Below, in pieces: positions 11,334 to 23,235 of a stretch of DNA of 64,000 bases. Origin of the DNA: Botryllus schlosseri. Its lineage: Eukaryota. The DNA lies in the NCBI GenBank assembly GCA_051294905.1, contig CM119379.1:16244001-16308000 (forward strand), in the 5' to 3' direction. Position 1 is the stretch's first letter, and each line of letters starts with the position of its first letter. A model generated the notes under the pieces. That model did no database searches, was not told the DNA's origin, and worked only from the letters and a program-made list of their open reading frames with translations. Made by a program: the position numbers and the translations under genes.

Positions 11334-14300
11334 CTGTTGCGAAATAGGATTATGAAAATAATATATTTATTTGTAAATTTGATATGATTACATACCCTGA
11401 CAGTCATCGCTCAACCCATCGCTGGCTATCTTGCTAGAATCATCCGAAAGCCTTTTTCCCATCATTGGTCGATCCAAATGAAAATGCTGTCTTCTTAACA
11501 AAAGCGATTTTGGTAAACCATGTTTCAACGCATCACGCCGCGGTACTACGGAGGCGTTGCTAAAGATACCTTACCTTTTTTCTCGTTTGCCACTTCCCGA
11601 GTCCCTAAAGCCTTTCGCGAACGGATTGTGGTCGATTTTCAATTGCGTGATCTGCAATATTAATACGAAACCAGTGAGTTTGCGCACTTGACATTCTATC
11701 GATTTCTAAAGACGACACACAGTTTCGGCGTTTGCGACTGTGATTTTACAAGCCGCGCAAAAATATACCCGGTGAGATTATTCCGTCGCGCGCTAAAGCG
11801 AATGAGTTAATTCACCGTGAACGACTGATGCACAAAAATCATTATCCCGCGACGCGGGCAAGATGGTGTTCCTGACACTTCACACTTGTTCCATTTCACT
11901 GATTTCGTTGGTCGTACGCAACGGATTGGCGCTTCCGTGCGATACGCTGGGCCGCGACGCGTATACATGGGGATTACGGAGATGTCGTAAAACACAAGAT
12001 TTCTGCGTAAGAACGGCATTAAGGTATTACGAAGATTTGGCTTTGTGATCGACATCAAATCAAATTAATATCGCCCGTGGGGTTAAGATGAAGGGCGATA
12101 TTCACCACGGGCACTATCGCAAATGTTTCATGTCCGCGCAGACAGAAGAGTGCTGATGTGAACAGACACGATTTGACAGGACACGCGAAAGCAGACAAGC
12201 GGAAACTCTCCCGGGACTGGATCGTTATGCGGTACAGGCCTTAGCGTGAAATTTCCATGTAAATGTTCTCATGGCAGGTAAAAGGCATCGGAGTGTCGGG
12301 GGCTAGAAAAGAGAACTGGTGATTTATGCCTCTAACAATATATCCGGGACTCACCACCAAACATCAAACTGATTTTTTGCTAATCCGGACGTAAAACACT
12401 ATCAGATTTAAGTCAAACTGACAAAATAGGGATGACGCTCGCATAGTCTCGAACACCTGTTCGTAAATAACCCGGACCAATAAATAGATCCTTTTTATGA
12501 GCTACAAAACTTGAAACGTAAAAGGATTCTCAATCCCGGTGACAGGGTGACGGATCCGGGATACCTAGGTGCCAAGATAAGCCTAACAGATATATTGCCT
12601 TTTTTATTGAAAGAAGAATGTGATGTGTTGCAAAATAAACAATAGATTGACATCAAGGCAAAACTGCCGCCGTATGCGTTCTGTCGGGAAATAGATGCTG
12701 GAAAAGTCGATTTTCGCAGTGGTTTCAATGGATACTCTTCTGTATGGCGGACGAAAAGTATGGGCAGTTATCACAGATATTCATACCTGATATCACAGGT
12801 CTAAATATGGTGTCAAGCATGTTCTACAGCCATCTGCCGTTCATTACAGGGCTTCATCCAATCGGGTAAATCCTACTCTGGGCATGTGCATTTGTGCATG
12901 CTGAGAGGATTTTAATGAAGGCTATGTTGTGACAGGCCCGTAATCAAATCCATGCAAAACTGTATGAAATGACTATGAAACTGCAACGCAAGATAGGTCC
13001 GCATACCTTTTCATTTTGGTAGGCTGTCACGGCGATGAACTGCATTTCCTTGAATACGTATGTCCGAAAATGGCAATACGGCAGCTTCGAAAGGTCGCCG
13101 CATCGCACGACGTGGAAGCGAGGTTGATATTTGTGCATGGAGTTGAGAATTGTCTAAACAAAGATACCTCGTCATGACAACGTAATATGAAAGGGCGAAA
13201 GTCGATCGCTCATACTCGACTTTGATTTATGGATTTGTAGTTTATCGCTCGCGATCGCACGCCGGCGAAAATAGAAAACCGATCGGTGCAAAATATGCAG
13301 CTTTTTCATCGTAATGGAGCGGATGGTTGTAATTTACGGAAGCACGCGCCCGTAGGCACCGCGACCAGTCTGTTTCGTTGTAGTCTGAGCCATGCATGCG
13401 ATTAATACGCAGCTAAACGATTGCTGATTTTGACGGATCTACCCAAGACTGAGGGGTAGAAGTTGGCTAACGAAGGAGGATGATTTTTCACGAAATTACC
13501 GGCATACTTCTCGGCGACAGCTTTATTGGTAAAGCTAGATCTGATCGGGGTGATTACCACATCGAGTGCGGTAATTAACCCCGGCGCCGCCCGAATGCGC
13601 TCGACAGCATCTCGACTGGGATAACTCTTTGATCGAATTATCTTTCTGACTGGCAATGGTAGATGATTTTTTCGGGTAATGAGAAGCGATAACGTTACTA
13701 ACTGCGTTTACCACGAGCCGATGTGCACTCATTTGATGGTCCGTAAACAAAACCAAAACAACCAGGCTCGCTTCTAGCGATGCGATTATGCCCAACCGAC
13801 AGACTGCGAGGCGACTTCAGTCCCTCCTATTAAAGAAACACGCTGTCCCTCTCACGGCCTTGGATTGTTAATAATCGACGTGTATCATGTTATAGACCGT
13901 GTAATAGTTGTTGATATGAGAAATCTTGTAAAACTACACGTCGAAATCGGGTAATGAGGGTTAGTGCGACAACAGACGCATCTCGAAGGTGGTCTCAGTC
14001 GCTGTGTATTTCATCTTCTCTTTATACATAACTACAAGCAAAAATGATATATTGTACGGAAACAATGATATATTTACTCACGTGACCGTGCGGATCCGCG
14101 ATGTTGTTGGTGAGCTTCAGCTTGTGGAACGAAACGCCGGGTCTGTTCATCCACTGTTCCCCGGTTGCCGGAGAATCCGGGTGGATGTACATTCTCTTCG
14201 GTAGCTCCGGATCGGCTTTTCCCGCCACCATCCATCTCGAATTGTGGAATTTATACCGGCAGTCGTCGGCGGCGACAATGTCCATCAGCATGATGTACTT

Positions 14301-17300
14301 GGCGTTCTTGTTCAACCCGGTTACCTTCACTTTAAATGACGGGAACATCCGCCTGTCAAGAAATCGAAACTGCAATATGCATCATTTCTCTCGGGATACG
14401 CCGAGTTCGATTGGTTTACGTAGGAAATTGAAAATAATACTTTGGCGATGTTAATTGCAATTAGTCGGCATATTTAGAGAACTATATATTCCGCTGTATC
14501 AGCGAGAGACGTTGACTAGGGTTAAAATGCTCTGATCAAACACTAATACGCAAGGGAGAGCATAACCGAAGCGTTCGTTGTTTATTTATTCATGACGCTA
14601 CTTTGTTTATCCTTTTATTTCTACTTAGGCCGTGGATCAATAATCAATTTGGTGAGATTTAGTTATTGCTGGCAAGAGAAATTACTTCCAGTCAGATTAG
14701 CAACGACTGGGCGAGAGAGACGGGATGTTTCTGTCACTTACAGAGTTCTCAATTTTTTTCCAGTCACTGGGATTTGACGTGTTACAAGTGACATCACTTT
14801 GCAGCGTGTATATGCATCTGTTTACGCATTTTGTAGACTCTGTTATTTCTAGTACGAAAATAATCTTCTGCACATTATCATCATAATATTATCATCGTAA
14901 GTTCTTTCCATCAATTCCCCGATTTGGCCCCCAGTTTATATTCCCATTCCTTATTGAAATTTTGTTCATAATTCTCTGACTTTTTGTCGACAGATTATAC
15001 TATTCCAAATCGATCTTTATCTTTCGTCAGTGAAATTCCTTGGTATCGAATAACCGTATTGCGTATTTCAAATATCTCAGATCCGTGACCGATTGTAAGT
15101 TCTTGAAACGGTGTTGATATATAATTAAATTATCAATATACCGATACCGCGATCTTGTACGTCGATGATAGGTAGTTTTCGATGGATGATATTTACCACT
15201 TGGCTGTATATCATATGGTACATATAGTTAGAACTTATATATTCATAACCTCGCCATACACATGTTCGTAGTCCGCACCCGCTGTCTATATAGATGTAGA
15301 CCCACATCTATAACTTAATACATGGTAGATTTACATACTGATTGGTCGGTATTTATGCAGACTAAAGTACGGAATTGATCTCATATAATTTCACAATATA
15401 TTTTCGTGACTTTGAAAATATATATGGCAACTTGAGTCAAACGAAAACGCATAAATTTACGCCATGAATTCTCTTCGAATAAAAAAGCGAACTTATCTAC
15501 ACCACTATACCGTATTACGTCAATCAGGTATTTCTGAGCCTATTTTCTTCTATATTTGGGACTGGTGAGCCATTTATCCGTTCCAATAGTTTCAAATTGT
15601 TCATCGAATCTTTTTATCTGGATTCTGATCATCAAAACGATTGTCTTCGCACCTGTGCGTCGTTCGGATCAGGCCAAAAATTTGGAGCTAGGTGTGTTAA
15701 AATGTCTTTGAAGGTGTCAACGTCTTTATCTCAATAGGAGTGATTAATGGCAACGATTGGCTTGAAACTGCCCACTCACGTGCAAACCATTTAGAATTTT
15801 CCCTTATCGCCACACAATCTCATCATGTCGCACCTAGCTGAACTGAATAATTGGAAACAAACACCCGCTAGGATCCCGTCAAGATGTACAACAGAAAATA
15901 TAATCTGCCACAAATGAGCAAAAACACCGCGATTGTATCCGACCTTTACACCGCCAGCATGTCCGATCAGCAAGATAAAGCATGAAAAATCGCAACAGGT
16001 GTTAAAACGTAGCGCTTGTACTTTTGAAGAAGCGAAGTTAATAGATCGCTCCATCTGTTGGATGCGATTGTAGGAGAATTTTTCACCGAAATGCGGGGAT
16101 TCGGATTTGTCATGTCTGATTCGGTACTTGTCGGATGATAATTGAGCAATTTTACGTGCCGTTTTATACTCAAATGCCCCTTTATCTGATGCAAAAAGTG
16201 GAAACCCGAAGATATAAAAATTGTCCAATATCGAGCAGACATACCCACGCAAACGAAAACACGAATGTGAGACATTCACTGTAAATTTTTAAATGCTCGC
16301 ATGAAAGCATGTCTGCACGTGGGATGGCGCTAAATACTCCTAAACACACTATGAAATGCACGGTCCTCTATTTTACTTGCATTGGAAATAACTAAAAATG
16401 CATTAGTTTAGCTAGCTGTACTTCGGACCCGCATCACTGCAAGTGTAAAAGTGTTTGATTTACAAACGGATCTCAACAAGTCATAATTTCTCGGCCAGTG
16501 CGCAAGTCTTTCGGCGTCCCGGAATCATCAAGCAAAAACGAACCGCCGACATTGTGAACGCGTCGCGATCATGGTGACTGCTGACAGAAACGGGCCTTTG
16601 ATTGGAGGCAAAATATTGAAAAATGGTGAGTGACGAAGTTGCGAACATGTCTACCACTCGCAACAATAGTCGCAAAGGGACTGCCAGCAATCGAACGCGA
16701 CAGGGCAGCGCGCTTAGCATGTCAACACTATTCTATAATAAACTGTAAGTAATTGCACTACAAACAATGTGATTCGAAAACAGTTTGCATAGTTCAAGGC
16801 TTAAATTGGGTTCATCAAGTCTCCCATTATCCACCAAATACCGCTTTTCAATGCTGATTTCAAGATCAACATGCCATTTCGTAATGATATAACACGGCTC
16901 GTACGGAAAGGCGCTTTGCATACGTCAAGTCATTACCTTGGCTGCCGAATCTATTAGCGTTCGCATGGTTCATGTCATGTACTAACAACTCGTAACGATG
17001 GTTTATCCAAGATAGGTACAATTATTCAAGCATCAACGCATGTCGAATTGAGCTGGCGACCTTATGTTGAATATGAATATTAATTGGTACATATTGAAAC
17101 ATCGGTAAAGGAGACATCGTACGCACCAATTACGGGTGCAATTACGAAGTTTTCCGCTACCGACTGCACTATTCGATTATGAATTCGTGTCCACTCCGTG
17201 TTGTTAAAATCTCGAGGATCGATCGATTTCATGCCACAATTTGTCCTGTCGATACACCAGCGTAGCAAATTACCCACAAACTATCTGTGCCGCGGCACCC

Positions 17301-20300
17301 TCGTCATGATGATAAGCTTATGACAAATCCATATTGTATTGAAAAGTACCCCGTAGCGATAAAAGTCAACTAGAATATTAACAGTAGACATAGTCTCAAT
17401 TAAAATAGATGCATAAATACGAGTATGTCACAATGTTTGAGGAAGCGGTATTCCCTCAGGAAACATGCCTTTCGACTGTTCGACGACACTAATAAACGAG
17501 TGTAATTGCAACAATTGATTGGCTGCATATTCTCACGATTTCTTGGTAGTTTGGCATGGAGCACCGTCGACCTTTATTTACCAACTCAAAGCCACGGGTT
17601 AGAGCCGAGCGTGGGACAAATTCGCACGTATTTACGATTCAAAATGGCGGCGGCGTGTGATGAGGTGTTTATTTTGTACTATTGCTCACTTTGCGAATGG
17701 TTTATATTTGTGAGAATAGGAATATCAACTATATTTTTCAAGACAATATGAATTCTAGCTTCTTTTTCGAATCAGCGACGGAGGTTGAATGTTTAAAGTC
17801 GCTATACCCTGGATTTTACACCACTCCGCATTGAAATTGGTTCATTCCAATGTTAGTTAAGCAGCAAGTTTATAACTGTCCGCAAAATGCGTCAATTTTA
17901 TTTTCAGTTGCTCCGTCTGTACCGCCTTGAAATCTATTTTATGTGTTAATGCCACTGACACAAAAGAGACATTCTGTGAGCCCATAATCGCAGAGTCGAA
18001 TTACTCAACGTCGATTAGTATAGCCGTTCCGTGAAATTAGGTATCCCAATCGAGTCAAAATTTGAAGTTTGTTCTTATTCCCTATTCCTAACAAACAAGT
18101 TTACAGTGTACAGTGTGGGACAATAGAACACAGACGTAGCCGCAGATGAAGGTTTGAGTGTAGTGGACATTTTTAAATAATGGCATGACGTCCAGAATAT
18201 CCCCTGTGATATAGTGAAAAAGATTGATGTTATAACACTCAAGTTGACAATTTGAAGCGGGCATTCGATCTCTCTGGCTACGCCACTACCATAGTACACT
18301 TGGTACTTCATACATTTCGATTTACGTCGATTGACCTGCTTTCTGAGCAGGCTCGATATTTTCTTAGCCACTACATGCGACATACAGACATCAAGCAATA
18401 GAATACGGTAGATAACCAACCGCGTAGGCGTGTAATAGGTACCGCCGATCTGTAACGAGCGTTTTATACATCGCAAAACTCCAGCGGGCGCGGTACAGTT
18501 ATCTTTTGTTAGTCAACAGAGACAACAGCAACGACTGACAATGCAAACATATTTGCAACACATTAGAGAGACGGTAGGATGTCGCGTTTCGCTAAACGGT
18601 TCCGACATTTTCGCGGAACGCCAAGACTCTTTGCGAGCAGTCACCCGGGCGGCAGCATCATTTGGCACCAGACACCGCGTCCGCCGATATGTTTATTAAC
18701 ATAAACAGGAGGCGCCAAGCGCCTCACAGATTATTGACTAGGGTGCATGCGATTCCGAGTATTTTTAAGGAAAGAGGGTATCTGGTATGCAATGTAATAA
18801 CGGGGGAGCATCTCGCCTCTCTGTTAATTCCTGAAAATCTCTCTCGCACCGGTAACAGACGGAATAGATTACGACAGTGTAGCGAATCACCGTGCTATTG
18901 AAGTGCCGAATTCGCTAAGCGATTTACAAGTAGAATTATCTTATATAGCGCCGAGCAGACACTCGCCCAAAGACCCAACGGCGCCTGGAGATGAATTCGG
19001 ATCCCGCGCGCGAATTTCGTGGGAGGTTTTACGACCGTTCTTTAATTCGCGCGATGCGCGGCGTCCCTATCGGGCGAAAACATTCGATTTTTGAGATTAA
19101 CATTCAGCAACTTGTTAATATTGACGGAACTTTACGCGTGCATGACTAATCCCAAGCGAAAATAGACGCCTACGGCGATCAGCCCCCGTAAAGTCGCATT
19201 GGGCCCCAAACAAAGGTCGCTTTTGAAGCTTTTAATGCGGCGTTGGGGAGATCAAAAGAGCGGGCGAATCGGCGGAATACAAGTTGTTTTACTTTATTTG
19301 TTAAAAAGCGATAATCGCAATTGTACTCAGACGGTAGGCGTCGAATAGTCAATAAATAAACACGCGCGGTATGAAGCACCCCATTTCGATAGCCTCTTTC
19401 TAAATAGCACAAATCTAAAGTTGACAGAGCCACGGCGTACGGACGGGATACCGCGACGGCACGGCCTCGTGTTGACTTCAGTCATCGATAAACGCTTAAT
19501 TGTCGCCTAAAGCAATTAGTGCGGGTATGATTAAAAGGAAAATTATTATACCTAAATCACCGGGTGGCATTTCACACGCGCACTCGTAAATTCACAAACA
19601 GTCTTCTTCGCGTGGAAAAATATTGACGTTAGAGCGCCGTTTGGAGTTTACAAAATCTGGAGAATCACTGACATTGTACTTGTTTTTGTAATTCCGACGT
19701 TGAATATGATATATATAGCGTCTCTTTCTGTGAATTTTACGAATATTTGCCGAGCAAAACCTGCTGAAAACTGGTTAATTTCCTGCGATCACGATCCCGA
19801 TTCCCGGATTAGAAACGAATTCCTCCTTTCGGTGGCGCGTTTTTTCAGGAAAGTGTGAGAAATCCGCGCGGGTAACACAAGCCCGGAATTTCTATGGCGT
19901 CACTCGCGGAAAAGCAATCTCGCGAGGCGTCAAGAAACTGGAAACAGAATCGGAGTGCAGACAATGGACAATTTACACAAGACAACACAAACACTCCGCC
20001 GCGAGTGAAGTGGTAAGACAACAGAACAGGGATAAGGATGTGTGGCCTTTGTCACGAATGACAACGGACGGAGGTGCCAAAAACGAGCGGGCGATACACA
20101 CGGCCCTATACGGAACAAAACCGCCGACTCTAATCGTTTCCTCGGCACGTAATAATTACAATATCCACTCATAATTGAAGTACGACCTATACATATTGCA
20201 TTCACCGTCTTTAATATACTTCAGTGTTAAATTATTGATGCAACAAGAAATGAATGCGCAGCACAGATCATAATAGACAGACAAGCATTTTGGTGAATTG

Positions 20301-22793
20301 TAGCCAGAATAGAGCAGGGTTTGGATAGTATGCGCTGAACTAAACCACGGATGGGACCAGAAGTGTGAAGGTTTTCACACCGCGCCCGACACGGAGCAGT
20401 TGTCCGCCGATTCGTTGTTTGTGTTAATTATGATCGCAGATAGGCACGTCGCTTTATTGTTCGCTATTTCCGTATACAATTAGTCAATAAGGCGCCGGGC
20501 AGTCTGTCGTTTTGCTTAGTGGGTTGTAATTCCTCACCGAAGCAACCAAGTGTTGTTTTCGCACACTGATTACAGTAACCATATTACGTTTTAAATAACA
20601 CACATTTCCCGGTACCTTGCGCGGTATTATGTACGTCACCGCAGACAATTAAAAGCGCGGCCGATAATATGATTTTGTGAAGTCGCCCCGTTCCCCCAAA
20701 AGTCAATGACGAAGTTATTTGCTTTGCGAGCTATCCGTCTGTTTGTAACTAATTCTCGTAAAACTGACACATTTACAACGGGAAATTACTGTCGAAAGGC
20801 GCTTTTTCAGGTAATTATCTAATTTCCGTACATTGGTAGTCATGGGTGAATAACAGAACTCGCTACAAAATGTGTGTTTATCTTCATTCCGGCATCGTTT
20901 CGATACGTCACGTACACTTGAGCTCTCTTATAATCATTGTCTCGTATCCGCTGGGCGAGAATCGACCTCCATCGGCGCGAATAGAAACATTCTCTCGACC
21001 TCAAAGTCGAGGTATTTAAAAATGGCGCCCGTTTACTCGCGTATATCGGCTACCACTTACCAGCGAAACTCCACCAACTCAATAACTCAGCACACAAAAT
21101 GTTGCGCTGGCTTTGGCTTTTGTCCGTTATTTACCAAAACAGAAAACTCGTGTCCGCGTTGTACGTATACGTATGGCGAACGCGTCGCAACAGGGTCACG
21201 TATTTGGCACCTGTTGCTCCGAAAAGATGACCCTCAGAATTTGTCCACTCGATAAAGACGCGACAACAAACAAAAGATATTAGCCCTACAGGGTGAAGAT
21301 AGCACGGGATAAAGCGCCGAATCTATTACATGGTTTCGAGTTGATTCCAGCAATACGTGCCTCTGCCAGATAACTTTCTTCCTATATTATTAACCGACTT
21401 GAGTACACAAAGCGGTGCGCAATCTCGCGACCTATCGTGTTTGCGCACCTTTTCAATTTCTGAACGTATCGGCATGAAAACGGAAACACTACGGTGAGGA
21501 ATCATTTGGAATCCACACAATTAAATAGAACAGGTGTAGAACAGTATTATCGCTACACTTATATTAAATATACCGCTCCGGATTCGTCATACCAATCAGA
21601 AGTTCTCGACTGGACTCCACCTGAGTTATCAAACTTTAGTTTTACACAATTTCTGCCCGCACTAATATAAATAACAATTCGGCAATTACAGAAGTGCCGG
21701 AAACGGGACTCCTGTTGAAAAAGTGATAGCCACTCTTCCCTAGGTTAACTACACGCCGTGATAACGGTTAGTGGCAGGAATAGGGGGATCGGGTTTGATT
21801 GTACAGGCGTCACGCTTACACAAATGATATACCCCTAATTGTATTCCGAAACTTATATCGGAATGTTTTCGATGCTTATCTCCAAGGTTAGGTTGACAGG
21901 ACCTAACTCTACAGTGGAATTGGACAATTCACGGTACGCATAATAGAATCAGATAATATCACTACAGCACTGTGGATTGGTTACAATCATATTTTATGTT
22001 TTGAATTTCTGAAGAATTTCGTACGATTATTCGCATACAGGCATTTGTAATCGACTCCCCTGCATATTTCTTAACCTTCTCATATTCTAACGTGTCTATC
22101 GCATTTCTTCGCGTGTGCTTTAATATTCAGAATTCAAAAAGATTTGTTGAGAGACCCACCCCCCAACACATGTAAGGACGCAATTGATTGTTTATTCACT
22201 TATACTCAACATATGTCTCATTCGCCTTTCACAAAAATAGATGACAAAATAAAACATTGTACGCAGTTACTGTGTCGTGTTTTAACCTTCCGTTACACTC
22301 AATTCGCCATTTGTAAACGAACTATACTCGACGTGGAATATAAAATGGAGTTGCGTAAGGCAAATTCCGCCGATTTTAAAACGTGCAAGTTCCAGAGAAA
22401 AACAATGTAGTCGTCTTACCTCCCGGTTTTAGTGATCACCATTTCCGTTCCGAGACGATTAAATTCGCTCCACAGCTCCTTATTGTCGAGTTCCACTTGC
22501 GCGTCATCTGGTTCGTTGTTGTCGGGCTCCGCCATTTTATTCGGCGGGCAATCCGGCATCGCCGGCCCGTAGGGAAGACGGTCGTACATCGACGTAAAAG
22601 ATGGCGCGCCGCTCTTCGGAAAAAACATGGATGGATGGCAATGCGGCATAGCGAGCGCGGCCGGCAGGTACGCTTGTGGCAAGAAAGACAAGTCCGGCCC
22701 GTGTCGTCCGGACATCAGTCCGGCGGGACTGTAGGCTGACATGACAGCTTGCAGGGGCGAGATAGGGCCTGGCTTCATCGAGTCGTGGATCAT
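10111..22793 (-). CDS. Tbx2/3: T-box transcription factor Tbx2/3 (omb class), 6 coding exons, 729 aa
   Basis: Join (minus) 22793-22420, 14352-14082, 13153-13007, 11651-11575, 11493-11396, 11333-10111 = 2190 nt, one open frame. All introns are GT-AG with matching phases (2,0,0,2,1). Contains a full T-box, the post-T-box REKRRQ, RFSPY and the C-terminal [13 protein letters not shown] motif typical of Tbx2/3. Confidence 0.96.
11396..11493 (-). CDS. Tbx2/3: Tbx2/3 coding exon 5 ([32 protein letters not shown])
   Basis: A 98-nt exon is needed to reconcile phase 2 (exon 4) with phase 1 (exon 6). Acceptor ttttgttaag|A, donor G|GTATGT. Confidence 0.85.
11575..11651 (-). CDS. Tbx2/3: Tbx2/3 coding exon 4 ([25 protein letters not shown])
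   Basis: Acceptor attgcag|ATC, donor AG|GTAAGG; 77 nt, end of the T-box. Not in the ORF track. Confidence 0.96.
13007..13153 (-). CDS. Tbx2/3: Tbx2/3 coding exon 3 ([14 protein letters not shown]...[11 protein letters not shown])
   Basis: Acceptor tttgtttag|ACA, donor AAG|GTATGC; 147 nt. Confidence 0.97.
14082..14352 (-). CDS. Tbx2/3: Tbx2/3 coding exon 2 ([10 protein letters not shown]...[12 protein letters not shown])
   Basis: Acceptor cttgacag|G, donor CAC|GTGAGT; 271 nt of T-box core. Confidence 0.97.
18130..18290. mobile_element. old Harbinger-like MITE remnant in Tbx2/3 intron 1
   Basis: Right end CTGGCTACGCCACT with a degenerate left end CAGACGTAGCC. Similar termini occur at 37430-37468 and 50605-50620. 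Confidence 0.35.
20491..20506 (+). promoter_or_regulatory. BMP-responsive Smad1/5-Smad4(-Schnurri) composite element in Tbx2/3 intron 1
   Basis: GGCGCC-GGGCA-GTCTG is an exact match to GRCGNC-N5-GTCTG; a CAATTAG homeodomain site lies at 20477-20483. Confidence 0.5.
22420..22793 (-). CDS. Tbx2/3: Tbx2/3 coding exon 1 (MIHDSMKPG...[26 protein letters not shown])
   Basis: First in-frame ATG at 22793, with an in-frame TAA upstream at 22836-22838. Start of the T-box; donor AG|GTAAGA, phase 2. Confidence 0.93.
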
Positions 22794-22868
22794 AATAGCA
22801 GGGCGGGGAGGGTTCTTCAAAGTTTTCTTTTCTTTTTAATCTGGCAAGGTATCTTCTTTCAAAATATC

Positions 22869-22892
22869 TTACAGTTCAGCGAGACAAGACAT
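22869..22892 (-). other. candidate uORF (MSCLAEL*) in the Tbx2/3 5' leader
   Basis: ATG at 22892, TAA at 22869-22871; lies between candidate acceptors at 22955 (ttcgcag) and 22841 (ttgccag). Confidence 0.35.
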
Positions 22893-22989
22893 GGGATATT
22901 TGGATTGGTGCAGAATAATTTCTATTCTCTTCGTAATAGATGATTACTAAAAACCTGCGAACGACAAATTTTTCGAGTTAGTAAAATCC

Positions 22990-23235
22990 GTGCATGTACA
23001 TTGTACGATTGTAAAATGTATTCGTATCAGAAATAAATCCCAATATTTTCTGCTGACGCTCGTCAGGGGTAACCGTCAGCAACTAGCAGGGAATATTCGG
23101 GTTTATTTCAGTATGAATATATATTTCAATCGTATATTGAAGTTCTGTGCCTCCAAGAGTCTCATCACATTGTACATATGTACATTGTACACGTTCACTG
23201 AACTAGGAATGAATGGAACGCAAATGCCGCTGTGA
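22990..23235. mobile_element. hairpin-core MITE family copy upstream of Tbx2/3 coding exon 1
   Basis: Core GCTGACGCTCGTCAGGGGTAACCGTCAGC at 23052-23080 between imperfect inverted arms; 23090-23157 is the reverse complement of 8213-8280. Confidence 0.65.

Noticed and set aside
10111-11334. 407-aa ORF treated as a standalone gene with a GTG start
   Set aside because: It is the last exon of Tbx2/3; the G at 11334 belongs to the acceptor AG.
13154-13260. Vertebrate TBX3 exon-2a-like extension of exon 3
   Set aside because: The acceptor TAG is itself an in-frame stop, so a 5' extension cannot be coding.
15791-16279. 162-aa intronic ORF (and similar ORFs at 18075, 20872, 23799, 27480 and 34409)
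   Set aside because: No recognisable domain, non-ATG or weak starts, and composition typical of random non-coding frames.
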